A stretch of DNA of 64,000 nt from Camelus ferus (lineage: Eukaryota): NCBI RefSeq assembly GCF_009834535.1, contig NC_045696.1:26352001-26416000 (forward strand), read 5' to 3'. A program made the translations under genes and the position numbers. The notes under the pieces are model-generated. The model did not search any database, was not told the origin of the DNA, and saw only the letters and a program-made list of their open reading frames with translations. Within the stretch, counting starts at the first letter, position 1; each line of letters starts with the position of its first letter. Positions 1-15,399 of this stretch are shown piece by piece.

Positions 1-879
1 TACCTAGCAATTAATAGGTAACCGTTTTCAAGTAAAAGAATATATGAATGATTGATGTTATAAACTGCTAACTTTACTTAAGGAGAAAAAATGTAATACT
101 TCCTTTTATTCCTGTGCATATAAAATAGTCAATTGTGAGTTACGTTTGATATTTGTTAAGGTAAAGCACTATGAATTAAATTAGAAGTTCCATTACTTTA
201 TGCACTTTTATTTTAAGCTGCTTGGAGTTCTTGCTTTGTAAGGGTATATTTTTTTTTACTGCTGTACACTTATCTGCATGCCTACTTCAGCAAAATTTAG
301 TAGAATGCTTCAAGTTACTGTTACATTGATGCTTATGCTAAGAGGAAAATGGAGGGATGAGCTGTGTTCTTTGGCATGAAAAGTTTGTGATTTGAATATA
401 TCTCATTCTTCATTTGGCTTTGCAAAATTGAAGTTAACAGCTTGAACTTGCAGTAATTTAAGTGGTAATTATTTTAAACAAATACACAATCTTCTCAAAT
501 TTATTGGTTAATAACCTTTCTGCATTTATTTTAAAGTTTAGCTTCAACTGCCAAGAAATGTGTTTAAATCAAAGAAATCTTGATAATTGTGTTAGAAGAA
601 AATGAATAGATGTATGTATGCATAAATGGATGGATGGGTGGATGAATAAATGAATTTAGTACATAGCTTTTTTAATACACTAAGAGATGTTTTAACAAGT
701 TTTCAGTTTGACATAGCTTTATAAATGGTCCATCTAACTTCAAAAGCTTTCTTAATATACTGGCTTGACATTGTTGGCATTTGATATATATTAATCCAAA
801 CTCATATAACATTTCCCCCCATTGGTTGAAACATTCACAAGCATTATTGTTATGTAATATTTTCTTATATGAGAGCAAA

Positions 880-1095
880 TATAGTAAATAGAACTTTGGT
901 TTCCCAATCTGAATTTCTGTTCTGCCATTTCTGAGCAGTATTTCCTTTGTAATTTATTCAAGATCCCTAATCCTCAGCCACTTCCTCAATAAAATGGAGA
1001 GAAAAACCCTGACTTGTCAAAACTGCTGTGGAATGAATTAAGTTCAAGATTGATCACACGTGTGAAAACATTTTGTATGCCAACGTTGGTTAACA
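880..1095 (+). mobile_element. MIR remnant
   Basis: ttctgccatttctgagc...cctcagccacttcctcaataaaatggag...ctgtggaatgaattaag. Confidence 0.45.
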
Positions 1096-4059
1096 TATTC
1101 CTAGTTTCTGAGACATACATTACTTCACATTTCAATATTTTCAAAATATACTGTGGCTTACAATCGATTTGAACATAAACTACAAACATTTTTTCTTGAA
1201 ACACAATTGTTAAATTGTGCGTTTTAAAATTGATGCTGTTAAAAAATTAGGAAATATATTATCATTTTTAATCTTCATTTTTTGTATTTGTAAGAATTCA
1301 TATTAATGATAACTTTACATATCAATTATATGACATCTAAAATTAAGACATGAGTGGGAAAGAATAAGGTAATAACTTCAAATTAACAGGAAAATCACAT
1401 TTAAATTATAGATCTTTATATACAGAAACTTTATGTCGATAAACCATGACCACTTGATTTATATTATTTCACAAGTTCCTGGAACATAGAACAATATATT
1501 AATAATTTCCAATATATTAAAAGTCATGAATAAAAATACATTGAATAGAAGATATGATGTACACAGAGTACTGAGATGTATTTGTCACCTACAAGGCACT
1601 TCAAAGTTACTTCTTTTTTTATTCTTGTTTAAAATGATTTCTTAAATTCCCATTGGACTGGAACTAAAGAATAGATTCTTGACACACTATACTTTATTCT
1701 GGGAAAGTCTGTCATTTCATAAATCTATCTTGAATGACTTATGACAGTGTTCAGAAGTATGAAGAACTATACTTGAAACTTGACAACTACTATTAATTTG
1801 GGAAACTGAATGTTGGATATGATTTTACTGGATCACCAAAGAAGAGACTAATAATGGTATTAGCCTGCTTTTCTTTGCATTAACTTTTTACATCAATTTA
1901 ATTCAGAAATCATATAAATGCTAATTGTTATTGTAAGGTCAGAAGATACAAATCAAGTAAATTATGAATTTAATATTCATATAACAGAAAACTACATTTA
2001 TATTAATATTAAAATGTTTCAACTTTAAAGCTCTTAGCAATAGCATAAAGGGTATTCTACAACGTAGAAACCACAGAAAGGGAGAAAGTCCATCTTTTAG
2101 TTCTAGTATAAGTTAGGTGAAAAAATATATACAAAATATATAAAATTTAGAGAAAATTCAGGGGTTGGTTCCTGTCTGAAGCTTTTAAAAGAAAATGAGA
2201 ACTATATGCAGATTCTGGAATACTTAACAGTTTCGGAAACCAATCACTACATTACACACCATTAAATACCATGCATACCACAAACTGCATAGTGTGTGGA
2301 AAGCCCATTTAGAAATCATTATAATCTCCCAAGCTGTCTGACTCTTATAAACTGAATTTGATATAAGAATTGAAACTCTATGCAATTTACAGTTGGAATG
2401 AACACCTTCCAGCCTGTACTTTTGAGAGTATAAGAAAAACTCTTGATTTTGACGATCCTCAGTGTGGGAAGTTTTACTGAAAGCAAACAGTCAGAAACTT
2501 GCCAGTGGAGGAAAGTATTCTCCAGATTTCACTCCCTTATGTGCAATGTCATCAACATCTCAAAAAAAGCCCTTGAATCTAACTTCCTTAGGTGCTTTTT
2601 ACCACAAAATCTAGACAAATGTCACTTTGATCATTAAAAATCCACCAGCCCTTCCTGTGGTTTTGACTTTTTGCTGTTCCAAAAGCACTTTTAATATGAG
2701 AAGCAAAAGTACACCCTAGGACATAGTTAAGTCTGAATGCTGAACTATTCATTTGTTTATTTGGAAAACTCTTCTGATGAGGGAACTGACAGAAGAAAAG
2801 AGTCTAAATAGGGGTAAATATCTTGCTTCCTATACCCATCTGTCTTACTTTCTATTGGAAGTCTTTTCCAAGCTTAAAAATAAAAAAGAACATCTATTTT
2901 GGAGATGGGCAACACATTTTTTTCCTAGCAGCAATTCAAAACATGATGAGTAATTTGGAAGAGAACTGTCAAAACTGCCAGCCGCCTTGCCTGTGAAGCT
3001 GAGCCCTGCTCCGTTTTGTGTCGTGTATACCATATGCTAGATGCTGATTGCCTCCAGTGTGGAAACTGAGAGCTGAGTATGTCAGGTGAAACTTGTTTAA
3101 AATGTCAAAAACAAAATTGACGATATACGTCTTTATGGCAACTTCGAATTATTTAGTGACTCAAAAGTATGTTTCTTTTGATAGAATATAATTGGCCACA
3201 CAAGAGTGTGTAAGTATTGAGAAATATATATGGTTTTGGCAAAATTCCCATCTATTATTATTATTATTAATATTATCATTATTATTTTAGAGAAGCAGCC
3301 ACTATTCTATACAGAAATCTATAGGGACATTTTTTCAATCTCTTCACTGTTTAAACACAAAAAGTAATATATCCTCATTTTAGAAACTTCTGTTTTGAGT
3401 TGAAGGGGAGTTTTGTTATAACATACTCTGAAGCATTTTACTGGGGCCACCAAAAAAGTCCAATAAAAAGTGAGTGATTGAAAAAATTCATTCAGGGAAA
3501 ATTATAAATCAGATGTAACATTAAAATAATGCAACTGGTATTTTCAACACCCCCCACTTCCACCCCACCTTGAAATCTGGAAAATTTAATGTGCTGGATA
3601 TAATTTAACCTAATATTGGAAATATTCCAGTTTTTTTAAATCAGAAAATATGTAGATATTATATATGAATCCTTTTATGTTGAGACCCACTTTTCTGCAA
3701 AAGGAGTCCTAGATGTATCTTGGAAAGAAACCTATACTTTTAGTCTCTGCAGCCTTTCTTCTTTGGGCAAGCTGTTACCCCCATGACCCAAGGTGATCAT
3801 CTCCCTCCTAGGAGCCCTTAGTTTCCTGCACCTGGCACTAATTAGCTACTTTATGCGGAGTCCCATTTAATTTTTATTAAGTATCACGTTTTTCATTGCC
3901 CCATATGTTTTGATTAAGTAGTAGGTTAAAAAATACATTCTATTTTGTCTTGTATATTCTATCAGAGTTTCCATAATGTGAAATGTTTAAAATATCTTAT
4001 GCTAATGCTAATTTTTAAAGTGAAAAACAAGTACTAGTTACTTATCATGCTTGGCTGGT

Positions 4060-4800
4060 TTCGGTCACTGACTTGATTCTTTTGGAAGGGCCTTGTATAT
4101 TTGGCAATGTCTATACATTGCCTCTAATTTGAAGGGTAGGTATAAAATTATTGTCATACTTTCTTCTTCTCAGACTTTGGTGAAAATGTTTTATTTTCTT
4201 GGTATTGAGTGGTACTATGGTGAAGTCTGAGACTTACAGAGCCATTTCATCCTCAGCTAGGATGCTCTTCCCAGTGTAGTCCCTTCTTCCATAAATTTGC
4301 TGGGTTATACCTTGGGCCTGATCACCCTGTGTCTAATATTCCTAGAACAAAACAAGCCCCTTGAATCTGCAGGTTCATGCTTTAATTTACTCTATTTCAA
4401 AAATGATTTCTTCTGTTTTATCTCTAAATATTTTTTCTGACTTACTTATTTTCTTCAAATATATCAGTTATATTGGCTTTCTTTTGACTCAATTCCATAT
4501 TCATTATAGAATTCTTCTCTATAACAACTTTGAAATCATCATTTGTTCATATTGTATGATTTCTTAATGCCTATTTATCACCTTCCTAACTTTTTCAATT
4601 GCAGTTACCTCTTCTTGTTTCTAAACTGTATTTTTTAATTTAGCTTAATTTCTTGTTCATTTCCTTGATAAACGAATAAAGCATTCTTCTTCTCCACTTG
4701 TTTTTAGCCCCTTTACCTCTTTTTGCGTTTTTGTTTGTTTCTTTTTTAAAGAGAGGTCTTGTATATAGTTTTATTTAGACTATGGACAACTATTTATTCT
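4060..4800 (-). mobile_element. Highly decayed ancient L1/HAL1-like fragment
   Basis: T-rich tract with gccccttgaatctgcaggttcatgc...atttcttctgttttatctctaaata, a motif typical of old L1 in reverse. Confidence 0.4.
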
Positions 4801-5226
4801 AAAGTATTTCTGTAGCCCCTCGGTTATTCTGGAAAGACATAAATGCTTTATCTCCCTTTAATTAATTGATTATGTTCTTTACTTATTTAATTATGTTATT
4901 AATTAAATAGATAATTAGTTAATATACAGTTTGTTTTATTTTGTTTTGTGTAGATCCTGTTTAGTCCCTGTATGATTATTAACCATAGTTAACTGCTGAA
5001 AACTAGGGCTTGCCTGTTTGGAGAAGAGAAAATGAAAAGTATCAGGATATTCAGTAACCTTTATTTAGACTCTTGTCTTGAATATTTTATCCAAAAAAAT
5101 GCTGTTTTCTTCTCAGTACTCCAGTGATTCTAGTAACACAAAGCAAGCCACTTTATATTACAAACTGTGAAAACCTCTTCATCTTCTTTCATTACTTCTT
5201 GCTTCATAATGAAGATGGGTTTTAGG

Positions 5227-5835
5227 TGTACTAGTTTTCTACTGTTGCATAACAAATTACCACAAGTTGAACAACTTAAACAGCACCCACTTATTAGGCC
5301 ACAGTTCTGTAGATCAAAAATCCAAACAGGCTCAATTGAGTCCTCTGCTCACAGATTTAGCACCTCACAGGCCAAATCAAGATGTTGATCAGGCTGAGCA
5401 CTTCTCTGGAGACTCTCCAAAAGAATCTGCTTCAAAATTCATCCAAGTTGTTGGCAAAATTAATTTCTTTGTGGTTGTAGGATTGAAGTCCCCATTTCCT
5501 TGCTGGCTGCCAGCCAGGGGTTGCTCACAGTTCACTTGCCAGCCGTTGCACATGGCTGCCACAGCCTTCAAAATCACCAGTGATGCCTTGAATCCTTCAA
5601 GTGCTTTCCTCTGTGTCTCTCTGACTTCCTATTCTGCTATCAAGAGGGAGAAAATTCTCTGTTTGAAAGATCTTAAATGATTAGGTTGGGCTCACCTGAT
5701 ACTCTCCCTGTCTTAAGGTCAACTGATTAGTAACCTTAATTACATCTACAAAATCTCTTTTGTCACATAACTAACATAATCATGAGAGTAACTACAGGAA
5801 GTGAAGGGCATGGGGCCACCTTAAAATTCTGTCAT
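5227..5835 (-). mobile_element. MaLR solo LTR (MLT1 family)
   Basis: tgtactagttttctactgttgcataacaaattaccacaa...cacagttctgtagatca...aagaatctgcttcaaaattcatcc are recognisable reverse-strand MLT1 motifs. Subfamily not determined. Confidence 0.8.
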
Positions 5836-8800
5836 CCCGAGTAGGCTTGAAATTTTCTTTCCTTCAGTACCTTCTCTCCTGAATTGTGAATTTTAGCTGG
5901 TTATCTACAAAGTTGTGTCTCATATTTCCCAAGTCTCTTTCTTGACTCTAGATCTCCTTCATCCCAGCAAAAGATCATGGAAGGGCTCTCACAATGTTGA
6001 CAGATAATTTTTGTGAAGTTAGTATTGATAGAGGATTGTGGATTGAGGCTAGTTGGGTACCACCATGCATCCTCATTTTCCTCCAGATTTGACTATATCT
6101 GGCAGGGGTGCTTCACAATTTGTGGTTTGGGCTATGGTAGTTTTTCCATATTATTCATTTCTTTTGTTGAGTTCAATAGAGGAAAGTGGAGCAATGAGCC
6201 TTTATTCCATTATATTAGCCCCCCCCCAAAAAAAACCTCTTACATATGCATTAATTTTGGAGTTTACCTAAACGAAAATAAAATAAACACTAAATATGTT
6301 AACTTAGTAGTTAAATGTAAAGTACTGTAAGTATCAAATATCACAATAATGTAAATATTTGGGCCAGAAACAGTATCATGAGATTAATATTAAGAGATTT
6401 CACTGGCTATTGCTGGAAAGACATAGCATGAACATTTTAGTCATACCTTCCAAGAAAGTCAAAATTTTTACTTTTATGAATTATTGTAATTTGTAGACAG
6501 AAAGAAATATCATGATATGTATAATATATACTGTAAAATATACATTATGATATCATTACACCTAAATATTATATGCATGACATTTGAATTACTGCGCTAG
6601 TTATTTAAACATTAAGCATATTAAATGTCACTCAAGGGAATAGTACATAATCAGATTCATTAAAAATGTATAAGCTACCAAATTAAATTAAATTTTGAGT
6701 TAAAATATGTCTGAATGCCTTTTTAAATCTCTCATGGCAAACATTGCTTCCAGATTTATTGAGGATATTATTTTCATCTGCCTTACAAAACAGTTAGCTC
6801 TTTGTCAGTAAATACATTGTTGTATTTATCTTTCTGCTGCCTTTAGGTCTAGCATAACACTTACATGTGGTAGGGGCACGCCAAATGTTGGTGCAGTTAA
6901 TTGATACACACATATGCATACACAGGTAATACTTGCTGAGAAAATGTTTATGCAAGCAGCTTTATATAGTGCTATAAAAAGATTAAGCAACATTCATGGT
7001 AACAGGCCAATCACATAGACCCCATTCTGCTAGTAGGAGATAAAATACAACAAAAAGAAGGCACTAATGAGTTAGGATGGTGCCTTACTAAGCGTGTAAT
7101 TAATGTTATTAAGAAACACTGCAGTTGCATATTAAAATTCCGTTAACTAAGCAGCCCTTCAGCAACAGTACATTTGTTCCTTGGTTGCAAGTCCCCCCTG
7201 CCTTTTTTTTCTGATTGGCATCTTCATGCAATCTTTTTCTAAAAATGAGATAATGGGATGTGATCAGCCTTCGTGGTTTAGCTAGAGTGCTGACATGACA
7301 GTTCTGGCAAGTTGACAGGTTAAGTGAGTGAAAATGGATGTCTTGTCTCACCATTTACATGAAGAGCCATTTTTAAGCTCTAGTTTTCTTTCGTCACCTC
7401 CACACTTACAACCTCTTCTACTTACAATATGAGAAGTCTAATTTTCCCAGTTAGGATCTGGAGAGGACATTTTTCACCACTTCTTGAACTACTTTTCTTC
7501 TACTTGTGAAAATGAGATTTTTTTAAGAATAATAAATATTGTCTCATTTGTTTTTAAGTTAATAGTGTTTTCTTTGAAAATTAACAGTCCTTTAAAGAAA
7601 ACAAAATTTTATTATTTTATTTTAGTATTTTAGTCAAAAAAACAGGTAGAAAAGCCAAGCTACAATAGGTAAAGGACAGAAGAATATGTGAAAATGTGAT
7701 TTATTATTCAAAATTTGTTTAAATTTAAATTTTTTCTTCATTTATAACTTGTAGAATTTAAAAGTTCCACAAAATTTGCATGTTGAATTTCAGAATAATT
7801 TCCTATAGTACCATGCTTTCCTGTACTTAACTATATTTAAGTGCAAATCTATTTTAATAACCTGAAATATAATAAAGTTTAAAATGATCTATAAGCATAT
7901 CCAACTTAGTTACTTTTGAGTCAACTATTACATTTAATGCAATATAGAAATACTTAATATTATTAGAGGATTAAATTGGACTGCTAAAGCCAGTAAAGAC
8001 CTTTTACATAAAAAAAATACGTGGTTTCACCAACATAATCCTTCAGTTTAACAAGCAGACTTTCAGGTTTTTGAAAGGTTGGAGTGAAGCCAGGTGATGG
8101 TTATGGTGCTTTGGCGCTGTCTGGAAAATGTCTATCTCTAACATAATGCATGTGTTTTTCCCTCTGTGAGGAACAACCTCTCACCCTTACTTTCTTACCT
8201 ACGTAATCTCAAAAGAACAAATCAATCTTTCGCTTTCTCTTTTTCTCTTTCAATGCTTTCCCCAACTGTTGGAGACAGACTGAGTCAAGTTACTCTCATA
8301 ATGGTGGGACATCCTGTATTACAACATTTTTCATGCTCATCATGTTGTATCATGCTTGATTGTTTTCATGTGAGTTTCCTCTGGTAGGTGGTAAGTTCCA
8401 GAGAACAGAAATCTTAGTACCCTCAGACCCTGACACAAAATAAAACCCATAAATGTTTGCTTAAAATAATTAAATACTATTATGAATTAAAGAGCCAACA
8501 AACATCTGAATTCATTTCTAGTACAGGTTTATCACTGGGGTGTTCTCCAGTAACGTGCTGTCTTAAAAAATGTTAAGGTCAAGTACAAAATGGCTATCTG
8601 CATTTAGCTGTTTATTGTAGCACTGTTTTCATATGCTTGCCTATAAGATCCAAATGTGCCAGGTACTTTGAACCAAATGAATTTACCCTTTTTTATCTAT
8701 CTACTCTAGACAGTTGTAGAATTACTCATTTTGATATTTACATTGTTCCTTCTCAAGGAGAAGCACATTATGTGTGATTATGAATTAAATAACATGGTTT

Positions 8801-11800
8801 TAACCACTATCCCAAAACATACACATACATTTTTGTGTGTATGTCACACTGTCCACCAAAACTCAGTACCTTTGACCCTTGTTGTAACTGCTTTTCTGGT
8901 TACTATCAATGTCAACTTAGGTCACTTATATTCTTTTATAACTGTATTTTATAACATATTTGGCTATCTTCGTGGCCTACTTTAGTCATCAGATTTTGAA
9001 TAACCATGAGTTATTTTTAGAGTTTTAGATATCATATGAATCTTCAAAAATGAGTCTTCCACAATCAATAAATTCCATAAGAGTGGTTTAAAAATGTACA
9101 GAGTGTAGCTGCATAATTGGAACACATCTTTACTCACACAGGGATTGAATGCAGTTTGCACATGTGAGGCTTCTCATAGGTGGAGAGTAGATAAAGTCTA
9201 AACAGATGAAGAGTCTCAGGACTGAGTGTAATTATAGTAAACTTACTTTTTGACCACTAACTTCACTTTCCATGTTTATGAAAACAGTAAACCATTTATT
9301 AGTTTTCCTTTTTCAGTATGACTTTCAGAAGCATGTATAAAGTATATATAGAGACTATCAATTATTATTTTTAGATTATTATCAAAAAATATAGATACTG
9401 GTTTTTATCATGGAATAAGAATTTTTAATATTAGCTAGAAGTAAGGTACTGACTGAGAAAGAAAACCATCACTACTCTAGAAAAGTTATTGCCCTGGACT
9501 CAGTGAGAAAATGGTTAATTGGAAAGGTAGGTAATTTAGCAATTTGATCACTTACATACCTTGAAAATAGTGACAAATGAATAAAATGTGATTAAGTGGG
9601 GTTTATAAAAATGATCATTTTAAATTCTATATCCCTAAATTATATTTTTCATTATAAATGCATTGCTTCCTCTGAGATGAATTATGTGTTCATAAGCTTC
9701 AAGTCAAATATTTTTATGATATTATACATTTCCAATATTATTAACAGAAATTCCTTTGAAATCAAGTCAAGTGTTAAATAGTAAAAATTAAATAGAATTA
9801 AATAGGTTGAAAAAACAATCATTTATCAATTAGAAGCCCACCTGTTCTGATTACTGAGTAAACATTCATCTCTTAGTCCTGCTCTACATTGCATTTTAAT
9901 GAAATGGGTACTTGCTATTTCTTGTTGGTGGGGGTAAGCCTATTAACCAAATTTTTTTGCAGGAACTTCTAGAACTGATTGTTATACAATACTTACATTT
10001 TTTCTAGGTTGTTTTTGTCACTCTGCAATGGTGGCTACTCAGGCAGACTCTTTAAGATATAAATTTTAATTTGGTATAAGGGGTATTCTCTACACGAGGG
10101 CATATCAGAATCAGAAGATTTTTTCCAAACATATTTTCTTTGACTTCTCCCCATCCAAATGACTGTAATAGTGAGTTACTGTCACTGGTAGAATTGCATC
10201 ATACCCTTTAGGTACAATGAGATGGAAAAAAAATTGGGGTATTTGCTTTATCAATAATTTTTTTTTTTTATTTTCTATTCCAAATCACTCACTTAGTGTT
10301 TTCTATTTGGGGACTTACTAGGCAAAATAAAGATATCATTTCGTTGCAAAATAAGCCCATAATGGAGAGCTTATAATGGAACAGAAGAATCAAGGCACAC
10401 AGACAGGGAGTAAAAATAGAGAAGCAAGACTATACAGGCAAGGGCACGTACTTTAAAGTGGAAGGAACACAAAAAAGTACAAGGTTAGAATCTGTTCAGG
10501 TTAATTGTTGTTGACAAGGTGAATCAAAGGGTAATAGCTATCAAAATGGGTTAACCACTGGAACAAGCAAATACATATGCAAGTGATTGAAAGTAGACTT
10601 GTCTGCTGAAATGCTGGCTCTGGTTTGAGAACAGGTGAGCTTCAGGTTGGTAAGACCTTGGGCCAGCCTGATGGAAGACAAAATGCTACACAGAGAATAA
10701 TTTGCCAGCATTGCAGTGACAAGCAGTAGAAAAGGCACTGTAGGTTTTTGAATAAAGAATGACTTGAAATAAATATACTTGAGAAAGGTTGTATTTCCAG
10801 GTAGTTCAGAAAGAGCAAGATTATAGGTTTTATCTACTTTAAAAACAAAAACAATTATTTAGGAAAAACATGCTATGATTTTAACAGTATTATATACCAT
10901 ATTGGAAATCATAGCATGTAATGCTTACCCTTCTGTTTGGTAACAGACATGACAAATTCTAAGTTAGCATATAGTTTGAAGTGAGCCATATGTGTTTAAG
11001 AGGTCCAGCCATCAGATGGATCAGAAGTCAAACCTGTCTTCCTACCTATCCATTTAATCTTTAAAAACCTGTGTACCCTTTATCAGATTTACTTTACTAG
11101 CCTTTACAGCATCATGATAGTAGTTAAGATATAAGGCTCTTGGAATATTAAATGAGATAGTTCCTGTGGATGGTTTAACACATCTCCTGGAGCTTAATAA
11201 GCACTCAATTAATTTTAATTATTGTTGTGATATTAAGCAGTTTGTGATTCAGCAAATCTTTAAAACAAGGAAATGTTGCAAGCGTGTGCTTTTCAAATAT
11301 GTTTATAGGATATATAATTTAAAAGGAAAAAATATTGAGTAGCAAAAAACATTTTATACTTGAGTTTAAGATAGAAAATTCATAATCTTTATCATTACAG
11401 AATAAGAAGCTTATTCACTCAGCCGCAAAATTGTACCCAAAGAAAGAGCTGCTGAGTATGCCTGTAGCCACCCTGTCACATAGTAATGTATGCAACTGCT
11501 TCATGACTGTCTCCATGTTCGTGCCTGACACAGAAAGTCATATTTTCCTGTAAAGACAACTCTGAACATGATGTGATTAACCTTTCGGGTGTCCCTTCCC
11601 CTCATCTCTAAGCCCACCCCATGGACAGCCAATGTTTCCTCCTTGTGTTCTGCCATCTGATTTCCATATCACCCCTCACTCACACCAGCGGGCATTAGCA
11701 TAACAGAGCTGTAGCGTGACTTTGATTGAAGCCAGCTTGGGCTGAATGCAGTATCAAAGCATAATTTAGCAGAAATCAAATCTAATTTACTGTGCATTGT

Positions 11801-13289
11801 ATTTAAATTCGCGAAAACACAGCTTCAAGTAAACAGTACCAGACCTCTAATCTTAACTGACCTTTTTATATTTGGATCTACCCCTCTAGAGTTCACACAA
11901 CATACTTTTCTTATAGAGCTGTTGTTTTTAACGTGTACATGTGTAATGAACATTGAATTGTGTCCCTCTGTTTTCTTCATCTCATTTCTTGTTATAACTG
12001 AAGCAATAAGGTGTAATCACTTAACAGATTAAACAAGTAGGTTATTACACCATAGTTATAAAAGATTTGTCTAAATGCTTTGGGTTTTAGAGAAGATATA
12101 AACATGTATTTTATAGTCTTCTGTCTTAGAAATATATAAGAGAATTGCCATTTCTGTAACTAGCGTATTCTTCTGGAGTTCATAACTCAAACTCTCTAAT
12201 TCACATTGGGTGTAAATGTGTTTTGAATTGTCATCTTGAGGACCTAATTATGGGTTTTTTTTTATATTTTATATAGAAAATTCATTTTGTGTATAGCACG
12301 CTTTGTGCCATTGTGCTGTGTTGATAAAATGCCACCTCTCTGCCTACTCCCTCCCATTGTTGCCATCAGCCAAGTACTGTCTTTTCAAACCATTTTCACT
12401 GCCACCTGGCAGAAATACTGAAACTGTGAAGTGTTATCAGAAGAATTATTGATGCAGTTTTTCATTTAAAACCTCAAAAATAAATTCTTTCAACTGATAC
12501 CCCTTCACAGAAAGTGACAATAGAGATCTTGGATGGAGAAATAGAGCCTACAGAAGCAAAAGTGATGGATGCGATTTGTTTTAGTGGTTCAACTTCAGGC
12601 GCCAATAGGAAAGGGTGTACATTTTCAGAGACTTGGACACTTTTCACATCTTTTACTTTGTTAAATATTTTAGTATCTTTAGATTTTTTTAATTTTAAAA
12701 ATGAAAAGGGGATTCCAGTTCCAACAAGATCAGTGTGACTTAAGTTCTGGTGACAAGAAACTATTTGGTACATTAGAAATAAAGTGTATTTACAACATGG
12801 AATAAAAGTACAATATAAATAAACATCATATTAAATGATATCTCAGCCTGAATAACACAAATGCTGATAGCATTTTGTTAGTAGTCTTTAAAAATTCAGT
12901 ACTGGGTTAAAAACTCAAGAAACTTTGATTTCCTGGTCTGTTGATTACAGTATTGGTGTTAAATATTACACTGTGATATTGTGAAATTTCCTTGTCCTAT
13001 AAGAGTGCTTATGAACGATTATATTTAGGTGCTACTATGAACATATGAATTCTCAACTGAATTTCCTGTCCCAGATTGCTAAGATTTTTCAGCCTCTTAT
13101 CTGCCCTTTCTCTTTTAGAAAGAACATTATTTGTAAAACAGAAATCTTATTAGATCTTTTTTGCATAAACATCTTTGACTGGGTCTCCCTTCTCTCTTAG
13201 GCAAAATTTAATCTCCTTTAGCATAAATTATCTTGCCCTACCTATATCACTTCTGCATCCCTGATTTTATTTTCAAAACCATATACATC

Positions 13290-13626
13290 CTCCAAACACA
13301 TCCTTTTCCACATGTCTCTGGCTGTGTCTGCTTCTCTCTGTCCCAGGTGACCACACTCCTCTTCATCTAATGAACTCTTACTTGAGCGTCAAAACACAAT
13401 TCAAATGTAGCCATCTCCTGGCAACCTTCCTCTTCTTTCCTCATCATTTGGTGTAATTTGCTGCTCTTCCATGCTTTTTCCCTCAATGCCCTGCTATATT
13501 CGTTTTTATTTATTTATTTACTTGGAAGTCTCTGCCATAAGCCATGAACAGTTTTTTATTTTGTTTTCATCCCCTGTACCAAGCAGAATGTCTCATAATT
13601 TGTAGCCAATCAATATCTTGAATGAA
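13290..13626 (+). mobile_element. LINE-2 3' fragment
   Basis: Pyrimidine-rich body, catcccctgtaccaagcagaatgtct, ending in caatatcttgaatgaat. Confidence 0.55.
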
Positions 13627-13838
13627 TATCTTTTCCAAAAAGTGGATGGATAGATGTGGTCATTTGCTAGTCTTTACCTTGGGGATTATGCTTTAGCAGC
13701 TGTGTTAAAATCGTAGGATCTGGATTCCAGAAGCATTTCGCAAAATCAGTTATCTACCAAAAATGTTTTTGAAAGCTTAAAAAAATCAAATTCAAAAAGT
13801 CTGTAGTTAAAATTAAAGTATAGATGGTAATTTTACTG

Positions 13839-13871
13839 AGATAGATCAGATGATAGATAGATAGATGATAG
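13839..13871. repeat. Imperfect (GATA)n microsatellite
   Basis: agatagatcagatgatagatagatagatgatag. Confidence 0.8.
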
Positions 13872-15399
13872 GTAAACAGGAATCATAATGTGCTTAAAAC
13901 TATAAAGTAGGTTTTCATTGCTTTCATTTGATGTTTCACCTGATTCTAATCATGTATTTTATCAGTTATTACATTTTAAAAATTGTATAAAGAAGGACTT
14001 TATAGTGCATATGGAGCTCTAAATTTTTACTAACTAGTTTTACTAACTAGTTATGAGAGCCAATTCAAATTCTTTCTAGTCCAAAGCAGTACAAATGAAC
14101 TAATAAGCTGAATATGTGATTTTTGTCAAACACTGTTAACTGATTTTTATTATATTGACTTTTTAAAAACTTTTTTATAATGAGATTCAAGCTAAGTTAC
14201 TCAATACTACTTATCTACTTAGTGTCCATGTTGGCACTAAACTTCTCTTTCATAGAATCACTAGGGATTAAGAAATATACATTGAGTTTTAAATTTGTAT
14301 TAATATACACAATTTTTCTTGGATATTACAGATGATAAAGACCAATCAAGTATTTTTTGGTAGGAATATCTGGTGGTCACTACAGTGTTTTACTGTAATT
14401 CTGTAACATTGATTTAAACTATCATTCTTATTAGAAAACATGGAACAAAAATCGGTGTATCTGATGATTCAATGGAATGGTGTAGAAATAACAAGACCGT
14501 AAGAAGCAAGTAATCTCCTGCAAATACAGGGCAACATAAGCCACATTCCTTTCAAATAGATCCATAAATTTGAGCTCTCCATCCTGTTAAACTGAGTCTT
14601 CTGTTATCTATAGTTATAGAAGAAAATTTCACTTAGTTGGTTTATTCCTTTTATCCCTGGAGTATATGTTGAATGTGTTGAATTAGGAGACAGTGTAATA
14701 GGACACCAAAAAATAAGCCAGTACAAATCTCAGTGAATTTTTTGAAAAAATGCTTCTACTGTTGCTATGCCAGTATTCTTCTAAGAATGAATAATTGGCT
14801 GTATGTTTGAGGCTACCCTACATTTACTCTGCTCTTGGACCTGCAGTTATGTAATCTTGAAGGACTGAAAGAATTCTGGGTAAAGGCTTTACTGAGTGGT
14901 GCTTATAGTTAAAATTCTTCAGGGTTCAAATTTTAGGGTTGTGGCTATGTATGCCAGGTCCTAAAAATTAGAGTTCATTTTAAAGTCTTTTTCTTGGTCT
15001 TAAGTTTTCCAGCATAAGCAAGGAGTTACAGTAGAAACAGATGATTAGAAAAGTCATGAATAAACATGCTGTTTTCTCTTCAATAGGAATGGGTTTGGTA
15101 TGGAGAAGATGTCCCTGTGGAAACTTCCATTTACACTGTCTAATGTTTTTCACTTTCTTCTTTCTCTTTATAATTAGCCCCAAATTTAATTGGGACTTTC
15201 TTAGCATTTAACCCTACCCCCCTTTTTTTCCTATTGGACTTACTTGTACCTAGGTCTCATTATTTTTGCCAACACCATTTTACTAGTCTTCCAATCACAT
15301 TCCCTACTTAATTGACTAATTTGTCTCCCTTAAATTATTGACTGATTTGAATATATACACAACATTCATTAGTGGGTTAAAGCTTCCACAATTTTTGCT

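Noticed and set aside
5167..5680. ORFs of up to 137 aa
   Set aside because: They lie mostly within an MLT1 LTR and show no protein similarity or exon structure.
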